DNA of 64,000 nt, taken from assembly GCA_039096225.1 (NCBI GenBank), contig JBBPEB010000012.1, forward strand, positions 124,001 to 188,000, written 5' to 3'. Shown here piece by piece: positions 27,974-38,386 of the stretch (positions within the stretch are counted from its first letter, which is position 1; every line of letters begins with the position of its first letter). The notes below the pieces were generated by a model, which saw only the letters and a program-made list of their open reading frames with translations, was not told the origin of the DNA and ran no database searches. The DNA comes from Blastocystis sp. Blastoise. Lineage: Eukaryota > Protista > Bigyra: Opalinata. The translations under genes were made by a program, and so were the position numbers.

Positions 27974-29600
27974 ATATATATATATTTTATTATTATTATA
28001 TATTATTATTGTATATTATTATAGACTTCTTAACAACATGGTTAAAGAATGCAATATATTTATATAAGTGTTTTAAATTATTCTTCAGTTTATTATGCTT
28101 TTAAACCTTCCTTTGAAATCCATTTCAATTCATATACTGTACTATCTCGTTTCTTACTTATAATATTATATCATATTATTATATATAATACAAAGAAGAG
28201 AAACAATATTAGTAAGTCTATATATATATGAATTGAATTATATTCCTCAAGATATGATATATACCTTATTAACAAGAATAGAAGAAATTATACAAATAGC
28301 TCGTTGTCCTTCTTCTTATATACCTCCTCAGTTACATACATTAAAAAGATTGATATTTATTCTATTTCCTTTTTTATGAGTCATAATAGTTTAAAAGAAG
28401 TCTATAGTCCTCCTTTTCCTCCTCCTCCTACTACTAATTATTTCACAGGTGCATATAAAGATACAGGAAATGATTTGATGATTGATAATGATATGGAAGT
28501 ACCTGAAGAAGAAGAAATAGGATTAATGAATACATATGAAGAGAAAGAAAGAGGAGAAGGAGAAGAAAAACCTAGTGGAGAACTGATTTATGGATTAAGT
28601 CATATACTGAATACGGTTGAAATTGAAGGTGAAGAAGAAACAGGAAAGAAAAAAGAAAAAGAAATGATAGATATGTTTACTTATATAGGAAAAAGAGAAG
28701 AAGATAATGATCATTGTATCTTTTGTATTTATTATGGTTTTATTATAGTTACATTATATTTATTGTATATATTATTGTGTGTATTATTATTATTATTATA
28801 TTATATAATATATATAGCTATTGATGTTCAATATGTATATTCTCTTCGTAACCGACTGAAAACCGCGGATAAGAAGATATATATGATATAAATATACTGG
28901 ATGACTTTGTATATATATATATATATATATATTATTATTGTTATTATTATTATTATTATTATATAGAATATATGTATTCTATGAATGTTTGAATCCCTCT
29001 ATCAGCTACTTATGTCACATGATTTTCTTATTACATATTTTATAGGATATACTTAATTATCCCCGGTTATATACTGTTATCCTGTTATCTCCTACTTCAT
29101 CTTCCCTACTAAGAGTAGCGTGTTGTCTTTATGAATTATAATCGTGGGAAATACTTATTCTAGAATTTCTCAAGTATATATATATATATACTTTATTGTT
29201 CTCGTGATATTATATATTTATATATATACTTTATTATTATATTTTGATATAATATATATATATATATATATAGTTATTACAATTCCATACAAACTACAGA
29301 AAAAGGATCATTATCTATTTGAAGAATTACCACCATATAAAACATATATATACAACTATATACCTCCTATAATACCCACGTTTTATGTTCCTTATTGATA
29401 ACCATGATTATCAGAAACATGGTTATTATATATCTTGTATATATATATATATATATTATATACTTATTGTTATTACTATTATTATATTATTATTATTATA
29501 TAAACTTTTGGATGATTCCTTTATGTATTAAGATAATGATAACTCTTGTATATATATATATTTATAATACTATATCAATATATATATATATTTAAATTAT
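26058..29600 (+). pseudogene. Captured, decayed multi-exon host gene fragment; part resembles the N-terminal ARM region of USP9X/USP24/USP34-type deubiquitinases
   Basis: About 15 exons bounded by TAG and GTA. Spliced ~26980-27590 reads LMRSNMKNKID|GITNLTTLFNDL...YIRDR|DILDVLFRQCLNTETLRLSLSLLQYICTVIP|LTNKDIDIFYEAV...IICQLLPFFPNQ|QREYLQSLL. There is an in-frame TAA at 27840-27842 and a frameshift in the (AT)n run at ~27715. No start exon or catalytic domain is seen. The family call is from remembered motifs. Confidence 0.6.
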
Positions 29601-30439
29601 ATATGGTTTTATAATCATGTATATATAGAATAGAAAGGAGTTTAATAAATTATTCATATTATATATATTATAATGATATATTACTATATATATACTATAT
29701 ATTATCTTTTTTATCTATCTTTTATTTTGTTTTATTTCTTTATATATTACTCTATTTGTTTTGTTGATATTTAGGAATAAAATTATTTATAGAATTCTTT
29801 TGGAATAATAGAAAAAAGAGTAAATATTAATCTACTTTATACTTTAATAAATTACATTCTTTATTATGTCTTAAACAACTCACAAAGCTTTCAAACATTC
29901 TCGTTTTATTTATACATCTACAATAATCGATAAATTGTTGAAATAAATCATATTAGAAACAAAAGTTTATAAATTTTGAATCATGTCTCTATAAGTGATT
30001 ATACTAAATATTTCTCTTGATTATCTAGGACCTTCTTGTTATAAATAAAATACTATTATATAAAAATAGCAGACAAATATATTTAATTGTAATTAAAGAT
30101 TTTTTAAATAACTATATTTTTGTTCTAATAAGTCTTAAACATGTTGTAATTAAATAATTTAGGTTCATAAACACATATTACATTTATAAATCATTTTTAT
30201 ATTCAAATAGACTTTTTATTAGAGAAAAAGGGAAAATTTAAAAATGTTGTAACCCCTGGAAACCCAGATTTTGTAAAGAATTTTATTATACAAAAGAAAA
30301 ATTGTAAGGGGGAATTTCTCTTTGTTTATAAGATTCAACTTTTTCGCATATTTATATTTATTTTTCTTTAATTTACAACTATATTTTATATATTATTAAA
30401 TGTATATATTATTTTTTTTATTTATCTTATTCTATATAG

Positions 30440-30960
30440 GCTTACTGGTGTGTCAAAATAGATTCTAATAGGTCCTAATTGGTCTTCTTTTTTAAAGGTA
30501 TGCTTATTTTTCATTTCTTTTATTCTCTTTAGTTAGTTTATGAGTTTCCGGGCCTGAACGTATAGAAATCTGGTTGTATTAAAGGTATATATTTTTTAGC
30601 ATTCTCTCTGCTATTATTATTTATTATCTTATATAGGTTCAACTATTGTCTCAGGTCTCCTTGGTCAACAAATCAATGCTTCTGAAGGTATTTAATTATA
30701 TTTTATTTTTTTGAAATTAACTAATTTAATTTTTTATAGGTTCTAGGTACTCTCTGGTGTCCCTTTTGGTCTACACTGCTAGGATTTAGAAGGTATATTG
30801 TTATAATATATTTATTTTTTTACATTCTATTTTTATAGTTTTGGTTCTTGTTCAAGAGTTGGTCTAGAAGTGATGTTAGAAGGTATGTATTCTATATTAT
30901 CTATATTATTATTAGTTCTATCAATTTATATATATAGTCCTCAGATACAGTTGCCAATTT
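30440..30960 (+). ncRNA. Micro-exon cluster 2: candidate multiply spliced non-coding transcript inside element A
   Basis: Exons 30440-30497, 30533-30584, 30637-30687, 30740-30792, 30839-30882 and 30938 onward. All five donors are AAG|GTAT and all acceptors are TAG. Introns are 35-55 nt. The first two exons have stops in all three frames. Confidence 0.5.
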
Positions 30961-31175
30961 ATCAAAACAAATCAAAATAATTATTATTTTCTTATCTTTC
31001 TTGCTATTTTAATTATTATATATTATTTATTGTCTTTTGTTATATATATATATTGATTATCATTCACACAACGATTAAATTAATAATAAAATGACGTTTC
31101 TAAAAGAATTCTGAACGAATGAAAAGAAAGACCATATTCGACAAAAATAACCTAGTTTTTGGCTACTCTTTTCGC

Positions 31176-32248
31176 GAGAAGTTGATTAGGGTCGTCCATT
31201 TTATCTATTTTGCCGTTAGGGGTTGTCCGCGGACAACCTGCGTCACGCACGATTTTCTTGTTCATCCAATTATTCTCTTATTTTTCATACTATTTTTCAA
31301 AATAAATATTTAGGGGTTGTCCACAATATTATTTTATTATTTTATGTTATTTTCAATACTATGGCATTTATTCTATTAATTCAGGATATATATTTTGTAA
31401 GAGTAATATATTCTTTGAGCAGAATGCAAAAATAATAAGACTAACCGTCAATGACCAACAAATTACGGCATTGCCATTCAATTAAATAAAAGATAAAAGT
31501 CTATTTTATATGCTCAACCATTTATTAACTTATCTAAGTTTAAAATGATGTGTATTACTCTAAATATGTTATAAAAAACAATAAAACAGAAAACAATTAT
31601 TTTTTAAATTATTTTCTTTTTATACCTGTAATAACATAATATAAAATCAAACAAAAATCATTTTTAAAGTCAGTTAGGGCAAGTGATATAGTCATAGCAA
31701 ACATATTTGTATAATAGGTGAGAATCCTATAAATCACAATTATCTTATTATAAATATTTAGTTAATGATAATCACTTTCAAAAATATTTTGTAACTACTA
31801 TTGCAATTGAATTATGCTTAAAACGAATTGTAATACCGCATTATGAATAAAATTCTTAATTAGACTTATAAATACCTTTAAGATATTCTTAATCGTGACA
31901 AGAGAATAGTTGTGTATTGTTAAACGAATTCTAACGGAAAAATCATTATTGTATTTACAGAATTGTGTTCATTTGTGCAATGTATGCTGATTTCGATGCC
32001 TACACATTATTTAAGAAGTTCTTCTAAGCTATGTCTATCCTGAATTAATAGAATAAATGCCATAGTATTGAAAATAACATAAAATAATAAAATAATATTG
32101 TGGACAACCCCTAAATATTTATTTTGAAAAATAGTATGAAAAATAAGAGAATAATTGGATGAACAAGAAAATCGTGCGTGACGCAGGTTGTCCGCGGACA
32201 ACCCCTAACGGCAAAATAGATAAAATGGACGACCCTAATCAACTTCTC
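31176..32248. mobile_element. Mutator-like (MULE) non-autonomous element/MITE, 1,073 bp, nested in CACTA element A
   Basis: 213-bp apparently identical TIRs at 31176-31388 and 32036-32248, starting GAGAAGTTGATTAGGG. 9-bp TSD TCTTTTCGC at 31167-31175 and 32249-32257. No internal ORF. Long TIRs starting with G plus a 9-bp TSD are Mutator hallmarks. Confidence 0.9.
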
Positions 32249-32598
32249 TCTTTTCGCCTGACTGAAAATAGTCTTAAAAAGTAATTTAGTCATTTTTTGG
32301 CAAAACTCTCCAAAAAGTATCACGGGAATACCTGATAGTGATTGTAGATAATGTAGCAACTAAAAATTTGAAAATTTTTTAGAAAAGACTTTTTTTTTCA
32401 CAGTAGGTGTCCCAAGTCACTATGAGGCATTCCCGTAAATATTATTTGCAGATCAACGCCAATTGTTGTAGAATTTTTTTTAAGATCAATTCAGACAAAT
32501 TATTGGAATAAGAAATTTCTTTTGTTGTTAAAATTTGATTGGTGAAAACAAACAAATAAGGAAATAATAAACATTTTTTTTCAATAAAACAATAAAAC

Positions 32599-32729
32599 AA
32601 GCCAATAATCTATTAATTAAAAAGAAAATAAGCCAATAATCAAATAAATAAAACAAGCCAATAGTCTATTCAATAAAACAAGTTAATAAGCCAATAATGT
32701 ATTCATAAAAATAAAAAATAAGCCAATAA
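32599..32729 (+). repeat. Five subterminal AAGCCAATA direct repeats
   Basis: Copies at 32599, 32630, 32655, 32688 and 32720 (spacing 25-33 bp), 180-310 bp inside the left TIR of element B. Confidence 0.8.
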
Positions 32730-32772
32730 AAATAATAAAAATAATAGAAAAAGAAAATAAAATTTGGCCCAA

Positions 32773-33459
32773 TTATATTATTGACTTGTGTTTAATGTAT
32801 GTGAATGGAAACCAAACACAACACTGCTGAAGCTTCAAAATCAGTTCATTATTCTTTTTGAATATTCTTTCATTTTTGTCTGGAAACGGAATCCTTTCAA
32901 TCCATTCGCATGTAAATTGATAATTACTATTATTATTCACATTCTCAATCCATGTATTAAGAGGCTCAGAGATCTCAAAGCCAAAAAACTGGATTATTCT
33001 TCTTTTCTGTTTCCGATTTACTAGTGACTCTCTCACACATCTCATCACCTCTATCTTACTAACCATGACTTTATTATCATATTTCTTGAAATAAAGATAA
33101 ATAATATTACAAATGTATAGATATAAAGGACTTTTTGTATCGACAACAGTGTTCTTTGCTTTTGTACAGAATATGCTTCTAGCAAGTAGTCTAATTTCAG
33201 TGTTCAAACAAAAAGGAATCAACATAAATAGATTCTTCACTTTATACGACCACATCAATCCTTTTCTAATAGCAACACCATTCATAATGGATACTTTACG
33301 AAGAAATTTCTCAACATATGTTGGAATAGTACATTCAGCTTTATCTAAAGGACATTTTTCTTCTATATCATCAAAATATGCATTAACATAGTCAATCATT
33401 CTCGATCTTACATTAGTAACCAATTGTTTTCGTTTCTTGATAACTATCTTAGATTCCAT
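32773..33459 (-). CDS. Transposon-encoded accessory protein (228 aa, basic N-terminus), no recognised family
   Basis: Intact intronless ATG-TAA ORF with coding-like composition, inside element B and divergent from the transposase. Confidence 0.7.
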   Translation of the reverse strand: MESKIVIKKRKQLVTNVRSRMIDYVNAYFDDIEEKCPLDKAECTIPTYVEKFLRKVSIMNGVAIRKGLMWSYKVKNLFMLIPFCLNTEIRLLARSIFCTKAKNTVVDTKSPLYLYICNIIYLYFKKYDNKVMVSKIEVMRCVRESLVNRKQKRRIIQFFGFEISEPLNTWIENVNNNSNYQFTCEWIERIPFPDKNERIFKKNNELILKLQQCCVWFPFTYIKHKSII

Positions 33460-33525
33460 TTAAGCTTCTAATATATAAATATAAGATAATAATGTTTATT
33501 AATTATAATAAAAGATAAATATTTA

Positions 33526-33636
33526 CAAATAATAATTGGAGGGAAATATTGTGGGAAAAAAGTACTAAAACCAAAAAAATCATGATAAATACCTTGAATA
33601 AAAATATATTTGTTTCAAATGATAATTGGAGGGAAA
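33526..33636. promoter_or_regulatory. Candidate bidirectional promoter with a duplicated CAAATrATAATTGGAGGGAAA motif (inverted CCAAT box)
   Basis: The 21-bp motif occurs at 33526-33546 and 33616-33636 (1 mismatch), in the 212-bp gap between the two divergent ATGs (33459 and 33672). Confidence 0.5.
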
Positions 33637-33671
33637 AAACGCGGCATTAGAAGATGTATAAAAGAATAGCA

Positions 33672-36600
33672 ATGAGTAATAATGACTTGTATTTTTATAA
33701 GTCGAATGGAATCAAATCAACACTGAATCGTATTCTTAATCAACTATCTAATTGTTTAATACCATATACACAAGACTAAACTACTATTATATATAGCAGA
33801 TGATATTTTCAATTTTGACAATTTTGATTTTAAATCAAATTGCTGAAACTCCTGTTGATAATATTCAAGAAAATGACATAATGAATTCTTTGGTAAACTC
33901 ATTTCTAAGTTCAACTGTATATATATAGTTAAAAATATATTATTATGTAAACTTTACTTAGAAATAATCGGATATAATTATTTTAATGAAATTCATTGAT
34001 CTATTTATTTATATTATATATACACCTATATAGAAAAAAAAAGAAAAAGTAAAAACACTTACTGAAGATATTGAAGAAGATATATTTGCTTGCTGGATTT
34101 TGCTTGGTATTAGTGAAGCTAAGATTATTTATCTATATACTTTAGCAAATAAAATAATTAAAAAGCTTAGAGATGACATTACTGCATTACCTATTCCACA
34201 TAATGGACAAGATATTTTGAGAAAACGAACCAATAAATCTAATACAAAACTTATATATAGAAACATTTACACATGCAGTATATGTTACAACATAAACACG
34301 TTTAATAATGGAAGAAAGAATCCACTTCTATCAAACATTCAGTGTAGTAATCCTACATGTAATAAAAATATTTGTATATATATACTATATATATAATATA
34401 TACTATATATACTATTATAAAGAATTAAATATATATTTTATATATTAGTATTATATAAAAGTTATTATATCTATATTTTTATATACATAATTATATATTT
34501 GTAAAATTTTGAATATTTTATAACTACTATCATCTATAGATAAAATATATTATTGATTATTAATATACATAGGTGATAAGCAGGTAATCATACCATTAAT
34601 TCCAAGAATAAAAGCACTTCTTGTTTCTTCACTGTTAACCAGGGATCTAACATATTATACTAAAGAGCAAATAAAAGATGCTTTCAATAATAAAACCTAT
34701 AAAGATTCTACAGGGTATAACTTACCTATTCCTCAATATATGTATGGATCAACCTATAAGCGACTAGTTACTAATGTAATTAATAAGGGGGATATCTTCT
34801 TATTCTTTCAAGTTACGACAGATGGTATATCAGTATTCAACAAAGCAGTAGCAGCACAAAACAAATCAGCAAATCCAATTCTTGTGAGATTATTAAACTG
34901 TGTTGAAGAGAAACGTATAGAATCGTGCTTAAGTATACTGATAAACGAATTCTTAGTATTAGGTGATGGCATAGATATGCCAGTTTTTGTAGGTGATACA
35001 GTTCAAACAAAGAGAGTGGTTGGAATACTTCTTGATGTTTTTGGTGATACTTTAGCAATCTCTCATGTGGGACATTTTCTAGGTCCAACTTCGACATTTC
35101 CATGTAGATTCTGTAATATGTCCAGTGATAGACATATAGATAATTTTCATCAAGGAATCAAGTGTTCATGTATTTATTCCTTCTATTCCTATTTCAGATA
35201 CTTCCATTCTAAACCAATCATATAATAACTTTGATGAATCATTAATTCTTTATGAATCTATCCAAAGAGACGAACATCATTTTGATGATGCATTTAATGC
35301 TAACATATATCATGAATTCACAAAAGATAAAATAAATGAAATAAGAATAAATAACTTACCGGAAATAACATCAATAAATGGTATTAAATGTGATAAGAGT
35401 ATTTTCGAAAAATTAAATTATTTTGATCCATCATGTAGCTTCCCAATAGACATAATGCATCTTTTTGGTAACATTACAACATTAATTCTATCATTGATAT
35501 TTGGATATAATAAAGCCTCCTATATAAAAAAATTAAAGAATAGTAATATGGATGAAAAGAAAGCAGCAGAAATTATTTCCTCATTTTCACTTGAACCATA
35601 CAACCTGGACATCTTAGCTACAAGGTTGATATGGATAAACAGCTTCTATGGAAAATGTGAGTACCAATACAGATATATTCTTGACGAAACTTCATTTCAT
35701 AAACTTACCACACATACAAAAGTAATGTTTATTTCTAAGATATTACCTCTTATATTATATGATTTTACTTCCAACGACAGCACCTTAATACCACTTATAG
35801 AACTCTTTGCTAGTATAGTCCATGATTCTAATACTATTTCTGCTTTCTCTGTGATTTTTGTTTACCCAAAGAACTTATAAATTCTCAACTACATATGATT
35901 TGTCACATTCCACATTGCATAATATCTTCTGGATCGATGAAAGCTGTTTCAACATGGTCTTCTGAGTCTTATTATTCTAAGTTGAAGAGAAGAACGTATA
36001 GTAGAAATGAGTTTAATATATCTACTTGCATAAACTGGATATATCAGGAATCTATTATGTTATCTACAGTAGAAGCAAAAAATATTAATGAGCCTATAGA
36101 TACACAAATAGCCAGAGCAAACAATGATAGAGATATAAATATAAATAAATTTTTATATAAAAAATGTATATACCACGAAGATCATAACACCAATCCTTCA
36201 GTATTTAGTGCTCAAGGAAGAGATGTAATAGAAGGAATAGAATTAAATGATGAAGATATAAAGAATTTGTTAGTTACAATATTAACGCATGGATCCAATA
36301 AAATTGTAGCCTTACTACTAGAAGAAAATCTTTTCAATACAAAATCAAAGAACCAAATTATACAGCTATTGAATAATCCTAATACACTAAATACCTATAA
36401 AAATAGATTAAATCAATTACATATAAATTACTATACAAAAATACTTGTTAATAATGAAATTATATTTGATAGATCTGATATAAATTCAGGGGTGAATAGA
36501 ATAGATAATTCTTACATTATATCGTACACATCAACTGGGATACCTCATCTATATAAGGCTTTACTATATGTTCAGGTTGAAGAAGAATTTTATATTCTTA

Positions 36601-36797
36601 TGTGTGATTATGGCCCAGCAAAACCATCAAAGACTGGGCTGTACTTTATTATTCAAGGAACATCGTTTGAGAAGGTATTTAAAAAAATAACACTAGTTCT
36701 TCCTTCCAATATCATAGTGGCCGACGTCCATGTAGATAATTCTTGTGATGAATCTAATAGCAATAAGGTAATAAATAAATATTATAAATTAATCTAA
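33672..36797 (+). pseudogene. EnSpm/CACTA (Transposase_21-like) DDE transposase, spliced, probably frameshifted near 35850
   Basis: Exons 33672-33729, 33797-33892, 34034-34373, 34573-35169 and 35198-36797. Motifs in order: CSIC..CSNPTC, IPLIPRIKALL, VTTDGISVFNK (D1), GDTLA (D2), FPCRFC, NGIK..SIFEKLNYFD..FPIDIMH, HMICHIPH, STWSSES (E). The reading frame switches between 35850 and 35895. Confidence 0.88.
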
Positions 36798-38272
36798 ATA
36801 TTTAAATATATACAGAAAAAACCAAAAAGAAAACGTCGTATCTCAGAAGAGGGACTGTTTGTACCATCCAGCAGTGTTATCACGTATACTGTGTTCACGC
36901 CTTCGGAGACAATGAAGAATCACGGTTATTCACCTGTACAATAAAATTCATAACATAAATATATACAATATGTAAAAATATATACCTGTGTTTTATTATA
37001 ATTCTTGTTTGAACCTCTTCTTGTAAGCCTTTACGGTCACCCGGTATTCTTCTGATTAAGATTTGTGTTGTTTCTAGAACAGATCAGTTGATCTTTATTC
37101 AAGTATCTAAAAAACATATATATATTTGACATAACACTGTAAAAATACATACACAAATTTATGAATTGACTTGAATAACATTCTAGTTTGTATTTTTTGT
37201 TTTGTTGAAAATATGATTATTCAGTTCTTTTCTAAAATTCTATTTTAAAAAAAGAAAAAGATATTTTCACGAATTTAAGGAATTCTTAGGTAAAATATTT
37301 GTTTAATCACGATTATGTTTAAAACGTTTGACAAAAATAGAGCATGGAAACATTGCACATTTCATTTTTAGTAGTTTATATAATCAAGTTATACAATGAA
37401 ATATACGTCTTTATTTAGTGATTGATAGTCTCAAGTGGTGTTGAGCAGCCTCATATATATATCAAAATTATTTAGAAGCTTTCTTGTATTGAAGAATACA
37501 TTTAATCACTTTTCTATTCCTTTATGTGTCTTTATTCCTATATTAAATGGTCCTCGTATATATATATAGTCTGTCTTTGCGTTTTATTTGACAAGTCATT
37601 TTATTATCCTATATATTTGTCTTAAAATTATTTCACTGTTATAGTTTTTGCTTGTTTTCTTTCAATGAGTTTATTTATATTACTTTCAAGTGACAATCTT
37701 AGTATTTGAAATAATGCTTTAGTAAAAGTGTCAATTGTCGAAGAATGGATTATCTTCTGTTAATATTGGGTAAATTTCTATGTAGTTTAACTTGCCTCTT
37801 ACACAACTAGTCATAAATAGGTTATAATGATATGCTTGTATATATAGTTCATCATGTTATAATTTATTGTGTTTATATTTTGTATATTTTATTTATGTTG
37901 TTTTACATGTTCATGTTTTAAGTCGTTTTTCTAATATTAATATTTATTTTTTCAGCTTCTTTTTGTTAGAGTATTGATAGTTTTTCATTAGAACTTATAC
38001 AAAGTACTTGCTAATAAACTCAGTTTAATCTAGCAAAAATAATAATGTAGTTTTAAAAATTGCTGTTGTTTTTTAAAAATAGAATTACATACATATTTAA
38101 AAACAAAAATAAAATAAAAACTTTTAAAATGCAATAACAAAATATAATATATGTATACATAAGTAATAAATTTGTTAATAAATGAATATTGTCTAAATAT
38201 TAATATATAAGCTAAGTTATTATTTATGATGTTACACATACTAATATAAGCTTAGATTTTATTATTTACTTA

Positions 38273-38290
38273 TATAATAATTATATATAA

Positions 38291-38352
<62 letters not shown>

Positions 38353-38386
38353 TATATATATATATATATGTAAATATATATATATG
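38273..38386. repeat. (AT)n microsatellite
   Basis: Long interrupted TA dinucleotide run. Confidence 0.9.

Larger units (their letters stand above)
24474..32340 (-). mobile_element. CACTA (EnSpm/CMC) DNA transposon A, 7,867 bp, non-autonomous, carrying captured host sequence (Pack-CACTA)
   Basis: Perfect 11-bp TIR CACTATCAGGT (24474-24484) / ACCTGATAGTG (32330-32340). 3-bp TSD ATT at 24471-24473 and 32341-32343. The left ~600 bp is homologous, in inverted orientation, to the right end of element B. Strand is assigned relative to element B. Confidence 0.9.

Noticed and set aside
29836-30060. Minus-strand exon-like remnants as the 5' end of element A's transposase
   Set aside because: The position fits, but the peptides are short, contain stops and show no recognisable similarity to the element B transposase.
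31119-32359. Duplicated small ORFs (MSADNLRHARF..., ...REKLIRVVHF...)
   Set aside because: They are translations of the two MULE TIRs, not genes.
32399-32407. CACAGTAGG as a Transib/RSS-like terminus in the spacer
   Set aside because: Only a 7-bp inverted match (46799-46805) was found, without a TSD.
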